From Candidatus Saccharimonadota bacterium (GTDB lineage Bacteria; Patescibacteriota; Saccharimonadia; Saccharimonadales; Saccharimonadaceae): a stretch of 32,000 bases of DNA. Each line of letters starts with the position of its first letter. Position 1 is the stretch's first letter. The stretch lies in NCBI RefSeq assembly GCF_025273655.1, contig NZ_CP045921.1, positions 30,001 to 62,000 of the forward strand. Direction: 5' to 3'. A program made the position numbers and the translations under genes. This document shows, piece after piece, positions 1-7,185 of this stretch. Below the pieces are notes generated by a model, which worked only from the letters and a program-made list of their open reading frames with translations, searched no databases and was not told where the DNA came from.

Positions 1-249
1 TCTACCGGCCAGACAAGCGGGGTTACATTTCAGCAGGGGGTTACGACAGTAACAAATATCCTACTGTTCCTTATTGGTCTTGTGGCCGTGATTATGATCA
101 TCATCGGTGGTATTCGCTACACTACATCTAACGGAGACGCAAGCCAGACAAAAGCAGCCAAGGACACTATTTTGTATGCTATTGTCGGACTTGTTGTCGC
201 AATCATGGCGTATGCAATTGTGAGCTGGGTTGTTAAAACCTTTGTGTAG
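1..249 (+). CDS. TrbC/VirB2-like (T4SS-pilin-like) small membrane protein, paralog 1, 5'-truncated by window edge
   Basis: Frame 1 is open from nt 1 to TAG at 247-249. The translation GVTTVTNILLFLIGLVAVIMIIIGGIRYTTSNGDASQTKAAKDTILYAIVGLVVAIMAYAIVSWVVKTFV shares the two-helix core of ORFs 320-760 and 2413-2838. Confidence 0.6.
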   Translation, partial: STGQTSGVTFQQGVTTVTNILLFLIGLVAVIMIIIGGIRYTTSNGDASQTKAAKDTILYAIVGLVVAIMAYAIVSWVVKTFV

Positions 250-319
250 TGAGTACAGAAGTTTACAACTGGTGTCTCATATGCTATAAACATACAAAGA
301 AAGAAAGGAACAAAATCAA

Positions 320-760
320 ATGAAACAACAAGTAAAATCTCTCGCGACGCAGGCGCAGTACTATATGGCGGTGGTGTTTGCGACACTGAGTTTCGCACTT
401 GCCGGTTTGTTCATGTTGGCTCCAGCTGCGCATGCAGCAGATTGTAACACCCAAGGCGGTGATAATCTTAGTATCTCGGCAGGTGTTAACTGTGCACAAG
501 GTAAGGATCAACCGACAGAACTGTTTGGCGATCAAGGTATCTTCACCACTGTCACCAACGTACTATTGTTCTTGATCGGTGCGGTCAGTGTGATTATGCT
601 GATCATTGGTGGTATTCGCTATACTATTTCAAACGGTGATCAGGGTGCAGTTACTTCTGCTAAGAACACGATTCTCTATGCGATTATCGGACTTGTCGTC
701 GCAATCCTATCGTTTGCAGCCGTCTCATTCGTGACTGGTCAGTTCTCGTCAGAGCAATAG
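320..760 (+). CDS. TrbC/VirB2-like (T4SS-pilin-like) small secreted membrane protein, paralog 2
   Basis: 146 aa. Signal peptide ends AAHA. Conserved core GIFTTVTNVLLFLIGAVSVIMLIIGGIRYTISNGD...AKNTILYAIIGLVVAIL forms two hydrophobic helices. AAAGGA lies upstream of the ATG. Confidence 0.7.
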   Translation: MKQQVKSLATQAQYYMAVVFATLSFALAGLFMLAPAAHAADCNTQGGDNLSISAGVNCAQGKDQPTELFGDQGIFTTVTNVLLFLIGAVSVIMLIIGGIRYTISNGDQGAVTSAKNTILYAIIGLVVAILSFAAVSFVTGQFSSEQ

Positions 761-783
761 TCTCTCCGTTTCTCGGCCATAAA

Positions 784-808
784 AATACTCCCCTATCTGG
801 GGAGTATT
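784..808. terminator. Bidirectional hairpin between convergent genes
   Basis: AATACTCCCC-tatct-GGGGAGTATT, a 10-bp stem. An A-run on the + side gives a U-tract for the minus-strand hsp20 transcript. Confidence 0.65.
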
Positions 809-828
809 CTTATGGGTTGGGAGCCAGA

Positions 829-1305
829 TTACATAATCTGAATCTTCTTTGCCTGCTCTTGTACTACTTTCGGGAAACTGATAGTTAGTACACCGTCTTT
901 GAGCGCAGCCTTGGCCTCGTCTTCTTTGACAGCCAGGGGTAATGCTAGTGTACGGCTAAACTCACCCCAGTAGCATTCCTGAATATGCCAGTTGTTGGCC
1001 TCAGATTCGTCACCGCTGCTCAGTGTACCGCTAATTGTCAGAATACCCTCACTAATACTGACATCGAGGTCGTCTTTGTTGACACCTGCGGTACGGGCTT
1101 TGATAACAAGCTCGTCATTTGTTTCATATACATCCACGGCGAGTTGCCCTGGGAAGTCATCTTCCTCGGGTTCGTCGAGTGGTGCTGGTTGGGCTGCTGG
1201 TTGAACGTAGTCGTCCTGAGGTGTTTGGGTCAGATCGTCGTCGTTCAGAAATGCAGCCGCCAGTTCGTCTTCGATTAGTAAATCGTCGTCTTTTTTACGG
1301 GCCAT
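829..1305 (-). CDS. Hsp20/alpha-crystallin family small heat-shock protein
   Basis: Alpha-crystallin domain (LAVDVYETNDELVIKARTAGVNKDDLDVSISEGILTISG ... GEFSRTLALP ... DGVLTISFPK). The ATG at 1305 is preferred over the GTG at 1317 because GGAGG lies 5 nt upstream of it. Confidence 0.85.
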   Translation of the reverse strand: MARKKDDDLLIEDELAAAFLNDDDLTQTPQDDYVQPAAQPAPLDEPEEDDFPGQLAVDVYETNDELVIKARTAGVNKDDLDVSISEGILTISGTLSSGDESEANNWHIQECYWGEFSRTLALPLAVKEDEAKAALKDGVLTISFPKVVQEQAKKIQIM

Positions 1306-1352
1306 GATATCCTCCACTTTTCTCTAGGCTCTATCGACAGATAGTCCCTTTT

Positions 1353-1380
1353 AGTATAACAAAGGCAAGGTTATAATCAA
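1353..1380 (-). promoter_or_regulatory. Candidate hsp20 promoter (TTGATT-16nt-TATACT), followed by a CTATC-N4-GATAG palindrome at 1331-1344
   Basis: Hexamers read on the minus strand. The palindrome lies between the -10 and the SD. Confidence 0.35.
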
Positions 1381-1411
1381 TAGCGACACTACTATAGACG
1401 TAAAAAGTACA

Positions 1412-2080
1412 ATGCTAGATTCACTATTTTCACGACTTGCACCCCACTACTGTTTGTCTTGTGGTCAGATTGGTGCGCAAATTTGCGAAAGTTGTTTTTA
1501 CGACATCGATTTAAGTGCTCGCCAGACCTGCTTCAAATGTCATAGACTACTCGTCTTACAACAGTGTATGTCTTGCCCGGAGCTGGCAGGTGTGCAGCAG
1601 TGCGTGCTGGCCGAACGTCGCGATGTGTTGGCATGTCTACTCGACGACTATAAATTTGGCTATAAGCGCGAAGCATCTCATATCATTGCGCGGGTCTTCG
1701 ATGAATATGTGCCATATTTGCCTACTAATACACATGTCGTCCCTGTCCCTACTTCAACGGCACATATCCGCAAGCGCGGCTTTGATCATACGTACGATAT
1801 TACGCGATATTTTGCGGCGCGCCGTAATCTTGGACATTCCTCCCTACTGGTCCGCTGTCATAACTACTCTCAGGTGGGCGCAAGTCGTGCCGAGCGCAAG
1901 CGACAAGCGCAGTCGGCATATAAATTGCGTGTAGATTACCTCGACAGCGACACATGTTATGCTGTATGCGATGACATTGTCACTACTGGCGCATCTATGC
2001 TCGCAGCAGTCGGTAGATTGCGCGAGGCTGGTGCTGAGAAGCTTGTGGCGATAGCGCTCTTGCAACAACCCTGGAAATAA
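1412..2080 (+). CDS. comFC: ComF family protein (phosphoribosyltransferase-type competence protein ComFC)
   Basis: N-terminal Cys-rich zinc-finger-like CxxC motifs (CLSCGQ..CESC, CFKCH..CMSC). C-terminal PRTase motif VCDDIVTTGASM. Confidence 0.75.
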   Translation: MLDSLFSRLAPHYCLSCGQIGAQICESCFYDIDLSARQTCFKCHRLLVLQQCMSCPELAGVQQCVLAERRDVLACLLDDYKFGYKREASHIIARVFDEYVPYLPTNTHVVPVPTSTAHIRKRGFDHTYDITRYFAARRNLGHSSLLVRCHNYSQVGASRAERKRQAQSAYKLRVDYLDSDTCYAVCDDIVTTGASMLAAVGRLREAGAEKLVAIALLQQPWK

Positions 2081-2146
2081 CAGAGACGCTATGCTATAGT
2101 AGCGAGAGTAATTTGTAGAGTGCACCTCTAACAAAGCACGCAATTC

Positions 2147-2234
2147 GGAGAGGTGACCGAGTGGTTTAAGGTACTTGTCTTGAAAACAAGCGTGGGGCAA
2201 CTCACCGCGAGTTCGAATCTCGCCCTCTCCGCCA
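2147..2234 (+). tRNA. tRNA-Ser (anticodon UGA), CCA encoded
   Basis: Acceptor GGAGAGG/CCTCTCC. Anticodon stem CTTGT/ACAAG with loop CTTGAAA. Long variable arm. T-arm GCGAG-TTCGAAT-CTCGC. Confidence 0.9.
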
Positions 2235-2275
2235 TAGAAAATCTGTGACCATTTGGTCGCAGATTTTCTATTTCT
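2235..2275 (+). terminator. Intrinsic terminator after tRNA-Ser(UGA)
   Basis: TAGAAAATCTGTGACC-attt-GGTCGCAGATTTTCTA, a 16-bp stem with one G.U pair, followed by TTTCT. Confidence 0.7.
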
Positions 2276-2370
2276 CCGAGTTTGGTGCAGCGAAGAGCAG
2301 TTGTGTGAAAGTTTGCTTTTGGTGCAATGAGCGAGTAAAAGAGGTCTTGGCTAATTACCTAGCCCTAATA

Positions 2371-2396
2371 GTAAAACACCCGAGTGGGTGTTTTAC
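2371..2396 (-). terminator. Hairpin terminator downstream of the minus-strand pilin-like gene
   Basis: GTAAAACACCC-gagt-GGGTGTTTTAC, a perfect 11-bp stem with U-rich flanks on both strands. Confidence 0.7.
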
Positions 2397-2412
2397 TAAA
2401 CAGTAGCTTGCT

Positions 2413-2838
2413 CTAGAAGTTTGTCGCTCCGCCCCCGCTACCTCCGCCTGTAAACGACCCGCCACTCGCGAATGTACCAGTGATGAAGCTAACGGCGGCG
2501 TACGCCAGTAGCGCTACGATAATACCCACGATTGCGTAGAGGATGGTGTTTTTAGCAGCACTCACGTTGGCTGAATCGCCACCCGACAACACATAACGTA
2601 GGCCACCGATAATGATCATGATTACACTGATCGCACCAATAATGAACAGCATCACGTTAGTTACTTGAGCGAAGATACCACCATCGCCAAACAACACCGA
2701 AGGCTGGTCGTCTCCTTTGGCTGCTGCCGCACCAGCGGATACGCCACCAGCCGGAACACTTTCGGCATATGCGCTCACGCCGAGCAAAAGCGTGCTTGTG
2801 ACTATGCTTATCGCCAGAAACTGTAGTGTTCGCTTCAT
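2413..2838 (-). CDS. TrbC/VirB2-like (T4SS-pilin-like) small secreted membrane protein, paralog 3, Gly-rich C-terminal tail
   Basis: 141 aa with a signal peptide (..GVSAYA). Core GIFAQVTNVMLFIIGAISVIMIIIGGLRYVLSGGD...AKNTILYAIVGIIVALL. SD AAAAGGGG upstream. Confidence 0.7.
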   Translation of the reverse strand: MKRTLQFLAISIVTSTLLLGVSAYAESVPAGGVSAGAAAAKGDDQPSVLFGDGGIFAQVTNVMLFIIGAISVIMIIIGGLRYVLSGGDSANVSAAKNTILYAIVGIIVALLAYAAVSFITGTFASGGSFTGGGSGGGATNF

Positions 2839-2886
2839 TATCTATCCCCTTTTACTATGGCTTCACTATACCAAACAACAATACGT

Positions 2887-2915
2887 TTGTCTATCAGGGG
2901 TAGGTATGCTACAAT
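2887..2915 (+). promoter_or_regulatory. Candidate promoter TTGTCT-17nt-TACAAT driving the repeat leader plus tRNA-Ser(GCU)
   Basis: -35 at 2887-2892 and -10 at 2910-2915, with an exact 17-nt spacer. No terminator until 3276. Confidence 0.5.
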
Positions 2916-2941
2916 TGTCCAAGTCAGCTAGGAGCAAAACG

Positions 2942-3139
2942 ACCCAAGTGGCTGCTGCGTGAAACGCAAAGAATGAGACGGAAACCGTCCGCTTCAGCTA
3001 AGTGCAGAAGTATGCGTATTATGCAGGAGCTACGTGAGAGCGAAGCTTGTCCGAGGCAGTATCCAAGTAGCTGCCAGAGCGAAACGCAAAGAATGAGACG
3101 GAAACCGTCCGCTTCAGCTAAGTGCAGAAGTATGCGTAT
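2942..3139 (+). repeat. Tandem ~120-nt repeat (2 units) with a 59-nt perfectly identical structured core; candidate ncRNA/tRNA-leader element
   Basis: The core gaaacgcaaagaatgagacggaaaccgtccgcttcagctaagtgcagaagtatgcgtat is identical at 2961-3019 and 3081-3139. Each unit starts with a tRNA-Ser D-arm-like segment: 2942-2954 is identical to 3185-3197, and 3061-3073 matches 11/13. Confidence 0.85.
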
Positions 3140-3176
3140 CGGGATAGGCTATCATTCAAGCATAGCCCAGCTCCAA

Positions 3177-3269
3177 GGAGGAGTACCCAAGTGGCTGAAG
3201 GGGACGGTTTGCTAAATCGTTAGTTCGGGGAGACCTGAAGCGGGAGTTCGAATCTCCCCTCCTCCGCCA
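3177..3269 (+). tRNA. tRNA-Ser (anticodon GCU), CCA encoded
   Basis: Acceptor GGAGGAG/CTCCTCC. Anticodon stem ACGGT/ATCGT with loop TTGCTAA. Long variable arm. T-arm GGGAG-TTCGAAT-CTCCC. Confidence 0.9.
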
Positions 3270-3275
3270 AGTAAG

Positions 3276-3306
3276 AAAGTCAGAGTCATCACGACCTGAC
3301 TTTTTT
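3276..3306 (+). terminator. Intrinsic terminator after tRNA-Ser(GCU)
   Basis: AAAGTCAG...CTGACTTT stem with an inner GTC/GAC extension, followed by a T6 run. Confidence 0.75.
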
Positions 3307-3550
3307 ACTTCTATGGGCTTTCTAGGGAGCTGCATGCGGCAATTATTAATCAAAGTTTCAAATTTTCTGGCTCAATCCGTTACTATGCAACGAAAGCTAT
3401 TGCTTTTGCTGCGACATTTGTGGCGGTTTTCGTCAATCTTGTGGGTATTTGCATGAACGCAAAATTCTACGTCTCACTTGTGAGCTTATCTTGAGGGTGA
3501 ACATGCATATACCTCAGTCTTTACTTTTTACGCTTAACTCTGTTATATAT

Positions 3551-3579
3551 TTGCAATATGCTGACTCTGTGCGTAAAAT
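3551..3579 (+). promoter_or_regulatory. Candidate promoter TTGCAA-17nt-TAAAAT for the protease gene
   Basis: Exact 17-nt spacer. The downstream 5' UTR contains CTCCAGgaCTGGAG, which overlaps the GGAG SD. Confidence 0.45.
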
Positions 3580-3616
3580 CGCATGCACCTTACTCCAGGA
3601 CTGGAGAAACACGAAA

Positions 3617-4534
3617 GTGAAAACCAGACGCACGAAACTCGCAGTACTCGCAACAGCCACAATGATTGTCGCTACGGGCATCGGAGGGGCGACAGCTTCG
3701 GCTCAGGAGCTTCCGGGAACGGTCAGGATCCACAATGCAACCCAGTGGCTCCCCAATGACACTCTTCCTGATACCTACTGCACGATTGGAGCAGTTGGTA
3801 CCGACAAGTATGGGCGCGAGATCGGCATAACCGCCGGTCATTGCTTTGCCGACGGTCCATACGCGAACACCAATATCGCCGAGGACATTCAGCCGGTCTT
3901 CGATAGGAACAATCTGAACTGGAGAGAGGGTGGAAACGAGCGGGGCAACGACCCAATTGGCTACCTACGGTGGTACAAGGGCGCGGAAGGCTCCCCTGCA
4001 GGTCATCCCGGCAGGGATTACGCCATCATCGAGTTTGTCGATGGCGTGCAACTTTCGTCGCAAGGCCCGCACATCAAAATGACCGGCATTCATGAGCTGC
4101 CATCGGGGACGATTGATTCTCCGTATGCAACTGCGCCGGCGCAGCCGCGTGAGAAGGTGCTGGGCACGGGCGTTCTCACGAACCACCAGCTGGTCACATC
4201 GAGTTATCCAAACGGTGTCCAGTATGGTCGTATCACGAACAACTCGTTCACCGGTACGGTCGGCATCTATCAAGCCGGTGCATCCCATCTGGCCGGCGAC
4301 AGCGGTGGACCTGCCGTCATCAAGGATGCTAGTGCGCAGTATCCATCTGCGTCCAACGGTTTCCAGACGCAAGGTAGATGGGTCGGTATCACGAAGGCAC
4401 GTGTAATTGGATACCCTCCATACACGTACACTTCATCCGCGAATATTCTCGCGGACCTGTGTACGCGGGATTTGGCTTCGGGCCAGAACGGATCGGTGGC
4501 CGGTGCAGGATTCGAGGTCACCACTAACCCGTAG
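3617..4534 (+). CDS. Secreted trypsin/chymotrypsin-fold (S1 family, streptogrisin-like) serine protease
   Basis: Catalytic motifs ITAGHC (His), RDYAIIEF (Asp) and LAGDSGGP (Ser). The GTG start at 3617 gives a signal peptide VKTRRTKLAVLATATMIVATGIGGATASA/QE. The ORF-track ATG at 3449 would add a non-protein-like extension. Confidence 0.8.
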   Translation: MKTRRTKLAVLATATMIVATGIGGATASAQELPGTVRIHNATQWLPNDTLPDTYCTIGAVGTDKYGREIGITAGHCFADGPYANTNIAEDIQPVFDRNNLNWREGGNERGNDPIGYLRWYKGAEGSPAGHPGRDYAIIEFVDGVQLSSQGPHIKMTGIHELPSGTIDSPYATAPAQPREKVLGTGVLTNHQLVTSSYPNGVQYGRITNNSFTGTVGIYQAGASHLAGDSGGPAVIKDASAQYPSASNGFQTQGRWVGITKARVIGYPPYTYTSSANILADLCTRDLASGQNGSVAGAGFEVTTNP

Positions 4535-4554
4535 TGTGTAAGGTGCGCAACTAG

Positions 4555-4597
4555 ACTACCCCCTCCACCCCGTAAATGGGTAGATGGAGGGGGTAGT
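4555..4597 (+). terminator. GC-rich hairpin after the protease gene
   Basis: ACTACCCCCTCCA...TGGAGGGGGTAGT, a 13-bp stem. A T-run follows about 20 nt downstream. Confidence 0.55.
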
Positions 4598-4671
4598 CGG
4601 CACTCCTTAGATTTTTTCCTTATTTGTACGAGCAATATCTATTCCCTAGTTTGTACGCATCCGTATAAGCC

Positions 4672-4704
4672 CGCCAAAAAAGACCCTCTCGGGTCTTTTT
4701 TGGC
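4672..4704. terminator. Bidirectional intrinsic terminator
   Basis: CGCCAAAAAAGACCC-tctc-GGGTCTTTTTTGGCG, a perfect 15-bp stem with A/T runs on both arms. It lies 3' of both convergent genes. Confidence 0.75.
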
Positions 4705-4739
4705 GGTATGTATAGCTGACTGTTCGTCTTAGTAACTTG

Positions 4740-5804
4740 TTATTGTACCTCTATCACCACACACGACATGTCATCTGGTTTGCCACGGAAACTGTCTTCC
4801 ATGTCTTGAGCGCTCATGATAAGTGATTTTGGAATAGCTGCAGCATCACTTCCACCTATGTATTGTCGCATTTGCTGCGCGGATAGGTTATCGTGAACAC
4901 CATCCGTAGTTAAGACAATACGATCGCCAGGCGATACTTTATGCAAAATGATCTGTGGGATGACGCGTTCGCTACCGAGCGCGCTACCGATTATATTCCG
5001 CGTCTGCCATGCGCGCTTGTCTTCGGGACTGAGTGTGTCATAGTCGTCTCTACGCTCCACATGGTCTAATCTGCTTTGGCGAGCCCGTAAGGCATCTTGG
5101 GGTAATCTGCTTGGCGTCTGATCTGTCGTGATACAAGAAAAATAGTCGTGCGATGGGCTATGTATATATGCGCGGCTATCTCCCACAGAAGCTACGGCTA
5201 CATATTGGTCACCGTCGAAGTTGCGAAACACTTGTGCGATTGTCCCTGTGGTTGCGGGAGCTTCCCTTCCTGCAGGTACGGTTGCATCCATATCACATAC
5301 TACCTCATGGGCAGCAAACAACGCATCTCGCATGAGGTTGGCAGCACGCTTCTCGGTTAATACATGGTCACGCGCAAGAGCCTTTTTGGCTGCAGCGCCT
5401 GCCGCATACGCTGCTTCGTCTGCCTTAACAGCACTGCCTACGCCATCGAATACACCGGCCGCGTTATTTTCCGCGTCCATGAATATATAGTCGTCCGAGG
5501 AGTGTTTACGTAGTGATTGCTCGGTTGTGCCAAATAGTTTTGTGTGGATAGCATAGTGCTCACGCAAATTACTGAGATCTAGTGATTCAACGGGTTGATC
5601 AAAACGAGGAGAGCTGACAATCTCTTGGTTCTGTACGTGAGATGTGGGAGGGGTAATGTGACCCTGAGTAGGCACGTGTTTGTTGGGATGAGGACGTTGG
5701 CGTAGGATGAAATCGGGTATCCGTATGCTCCGTGCATGGTTCCACTCGGGATTATTCGGAGAGATGTCGTCGAAATTATTGAATCCTTCGTTCTGACGCG
5801 TCAT
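4740..5804 (-). CDS. PP2C/PPM-family Ser/Thr protein phosphatase with ~110-aa non-homologous N-terminal extension
   Basis: PPM motifs AGVFDGVGS, ASVGDSRAY, LTTDGVHDNL and DDMSCVVIEV. The ATG at 5804 (MTRQNEG) is preferred because a TATAAT sequence sits inside the longer ORF. Confidence 0.75.
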   Translation of the reverse strand: MTRQNEGFNNFDDISPNNPEWNHARSIRIPDFILRQRPHPNKHVPTQGHITPPTSHVQNQEIVSSPRFDQPVESLDLSNLREHYAIHTKLFGTTEQSLRKHSSDDYIFMDAENNAAGVFDGVGSAVKADEAAYAAGAAAKKALARDHVLTEKRAANLMRDALFAAHEVVCDMDATVPAGREAPATTGTIAQVFRNFDGDQYVAVASVGDSRAYIHSPSHDYFSCITTDQTPSRLPQDALRARQSRLDHVERRDDYDTLSPEDKRAWQTRNIIGSALGSERVIPQIILHKVSPGDRIVLTTDGVHDNLSAQQMRQYIGGSDAAAIPKSLIMSAQDMEDSFRGKPDDMSCVVIEVQ

Positions 5805-5864
5805 AATAATTATATTATACATGAAAGTCATAAAATGTCAAGAACAGGCCTCTTTCCGTTGCGT

Positions 5865-6317
5865 TTAAAATGACTTGCGTAGCTCGTCAAATTTGCGCTT
5901 GGTGTCGGCGGACTCTGATGCCATGCTACCAATATATGAGCCGCGTAGTGAGCTGCCAAACATCACATCTTTTACGATATGGGCTAGTATCATAAATTTC
6001 GGGGTGCCAAGCTCTACGGCCAGTGTTGTAACACCTGCTACGATATCTTTTGTCAGACGCCGCTGTTTCTTGTCGAGTTTAGGGTGGAGACGCGAGATGA
6101 TTACAAAACAAAGCGACCAAATACCTATCCCTACGAGGAATAGCGGTGCCAGAAGTACCGCTAGGAGCCACCAGAGTTGATCGACGGCGATCGCCAACCA
6201 CCAGGATAGACCAAAGATGATTGCGAAGATCGCCAACCACACTACGAGCGCGGGCCAGAGAAGCTGACGGCCATAGACGGCGGTGATGGCGCGGACTGCA
6301 AGTACTGTCGAATCCAT
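5865..6317 (-). CDS. Hypothetical membrane protein (2-3 TM helices plus basic cytosolic C-terminal domain)
   Basis: 150 aa. Trp/Leu-rich hydrophobic segments. AAGGAG immediately upstream of the ATG. No family recognised. Confidence 0.55.
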   Translation of the reverse strand: MDSTVLAVRAITAVYGRQLLWPALVVWLAIFAIIFGLSWWLAIAVDQLWWLLAVLLAPLFLVGIGIWSLCFVIISRLHPKLDKKQRRLTKDIVAGVTTLAVELGTPKFMILAHIVKDVMFGSSLRGSYIGSMASESADTKRKFDELRKSF

Positions 6318-6341
6318 ATCTCCTTAGTATACACTGGGTGT

Positions 6342-6737
6342 ATGAACGAGTCGATTTTCACCAAAATTATCAACGGAGACATTCCGAGCTACAAGATATA
6401 CGAAGACGAGCATACGTATGCGTTTCTCGATATCCACCCTATCGCATCTGGGCATACGCTGGTGGTGCCCAAGCAGCAAGTAGAGTTTGTTTGGGATCTC
6501 GATACTGCCGCCTATCAGGCTTTGCAGGCGAGCGTGCAGAAGATTGCTAGACATCTTCGTACTACACTTAATGTACCGTACGTGGGCGAGCAAATCATTG
6601 GCGTAGATGTACCGCATGCACATATCCATCTAATTCCGTTTACGGATGTATCACAGTATCGTCACATGCCAGATATGACTGCCGAGCCAGACCATGTGGC
6701 ATTGTCAGAAATTGCCGCGCAGCTTCGCTTCTCATAG
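6342..6737 (+). CDS. HIT (histidine triad) family nucleotide hydrolase/transferase
   Basis: HIT motif HAHIHLIP. N-terminal IFTKIINGDIPSYKIYEDEHTYAFLDIHP and GHTLVVPK. Confidence 0.85.
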   Translation: MNESIFTKIINGDIPSYKIYEDEHTYAFLDIHPIASGHTLVVPKQQVEFVWDLDTAAYQALQASVQKIARHLRTTLNVPYVGEQIIGVDVPHAHIHLIPFTDVSQYRHMPDMTAEPDHVALSEIAAQLRFS

Positions 6738-6747
6738 TTTACAAAAC

Positions 6748-6783
6748 CATAAGATTAGGCAATTATATACTTGACATTACCAA
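6748..6783 (+). repeat. Orphan copy of the IS1595-element terminal repeat (inverted relative to 21150-21185)
   Basis: 33/36 nt identical to the reverse complement of 21150-21185 (mismatches at 6753, 6754, 6776). No transposase is adjacent. Confidence 0.75.
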
Positions 6784-6819
6784 ATTATACAGAGGTGAGA
6801 TTCTCTAAAAAGAAATTAT

Positions 6820-7047
6820 CTAATGATTTTCTAAATCCTCAATCTCCTTACGCTGGTCTTTGACCCACTTTGCTACTTCATCGTTGGTCATAGGTGGTGT
6901 TTTGGCCATTGTCTTCACTGCATCATCAAAAGTGCCGCCAATCCGTACACGTCGCTCGTGCTCGGCTACCGGCTTTTCTTGGTCGTGTTTAATTTGAGCT
7001 TCGAGAGCTTTGATTTCTTCTTCGTTTGGCTTATCATCTGTTGCCAT
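6820..7047 (-). CDS. Hypothetical small charged protein (75 aa)
   Basis: The ATG at 7047 is preceded by TATAAT (7054-7059) with a 6-nt gap, a leaderless arrangement. The ORF-track start at 7092 is a TTG upstream of that -10. Confidence 0.45.
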   Translation of the reverse strand: MATDDKPNEEEIKALEAQIKHDQEKPVAEHERRVRIGGTFDDAVKTMAKTPPMTNDEVAKWVKDQRKEIEDLENH

Positions 7048-7185
7048 ATCTTGATTATAGCAAAAAGTAGTGTGGCTGGTTTTAGTCGCCAAGAACTTTG
7101 GTTGCTTTTCGCTTTTTTATCTTGCGTTTGAGTAGAATTGTTGATTCATGGTGATTTTAATTCCCGCCTTTTTTGGCATAGCGTG

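Noticed and set aside
3079-3087. CGAAACGCA, identical to the GAA/stem III part of the hammerhead at 21757-21765; checked for a second hammerhead in the tRNA-leader repeats
   Set aside because: There is no CUGANGA box or stem II upstream of it, on either strand. A 9-nt match is expected by chance in a window of this size.
2942-3139. CRISPR array
   Set aside because: There are only two repeat copies, each 59 nt with internal multi-helix structure. The spacer region is itself partly repeated, and there are no cas genes in the window.
2973-3215. 80-aa ORF with an internally repeated peptide (MRRKPSASAKCRSMRI twice)
   Set aside because: The repeat is simply the translation of the 59-nt tandem nucleotide repeat. 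The ORF runs into the tRNA-Ser(GCU) gene, has no RBS, and has a non-protein-like composition.
3617-4534. Horizontal transfer of the S1 protease (and of ORFs 21201-21680 and 29035-29552) from a high-GC donor, suggested by GC-rich appearance
   Set aside because: My hand counts of 60-nt lines give about 53-65% GC in these ORFs. Core genes valS and tsaD give about 58-62% in the lines I counted. Composition therefore does not set these ORFs apart, and no other HGT evidence is available without a search.
6740-6747. Target-site duplication flanking the 14.4-kb IR-bounded segment (6740-6747 vs 21186-21193)
   Set aside because: The flanks tacaaaac and tcacaata share only a short ACAA, and shifting the boundaries by a few nt does not produce a clean 8-bp duplication.
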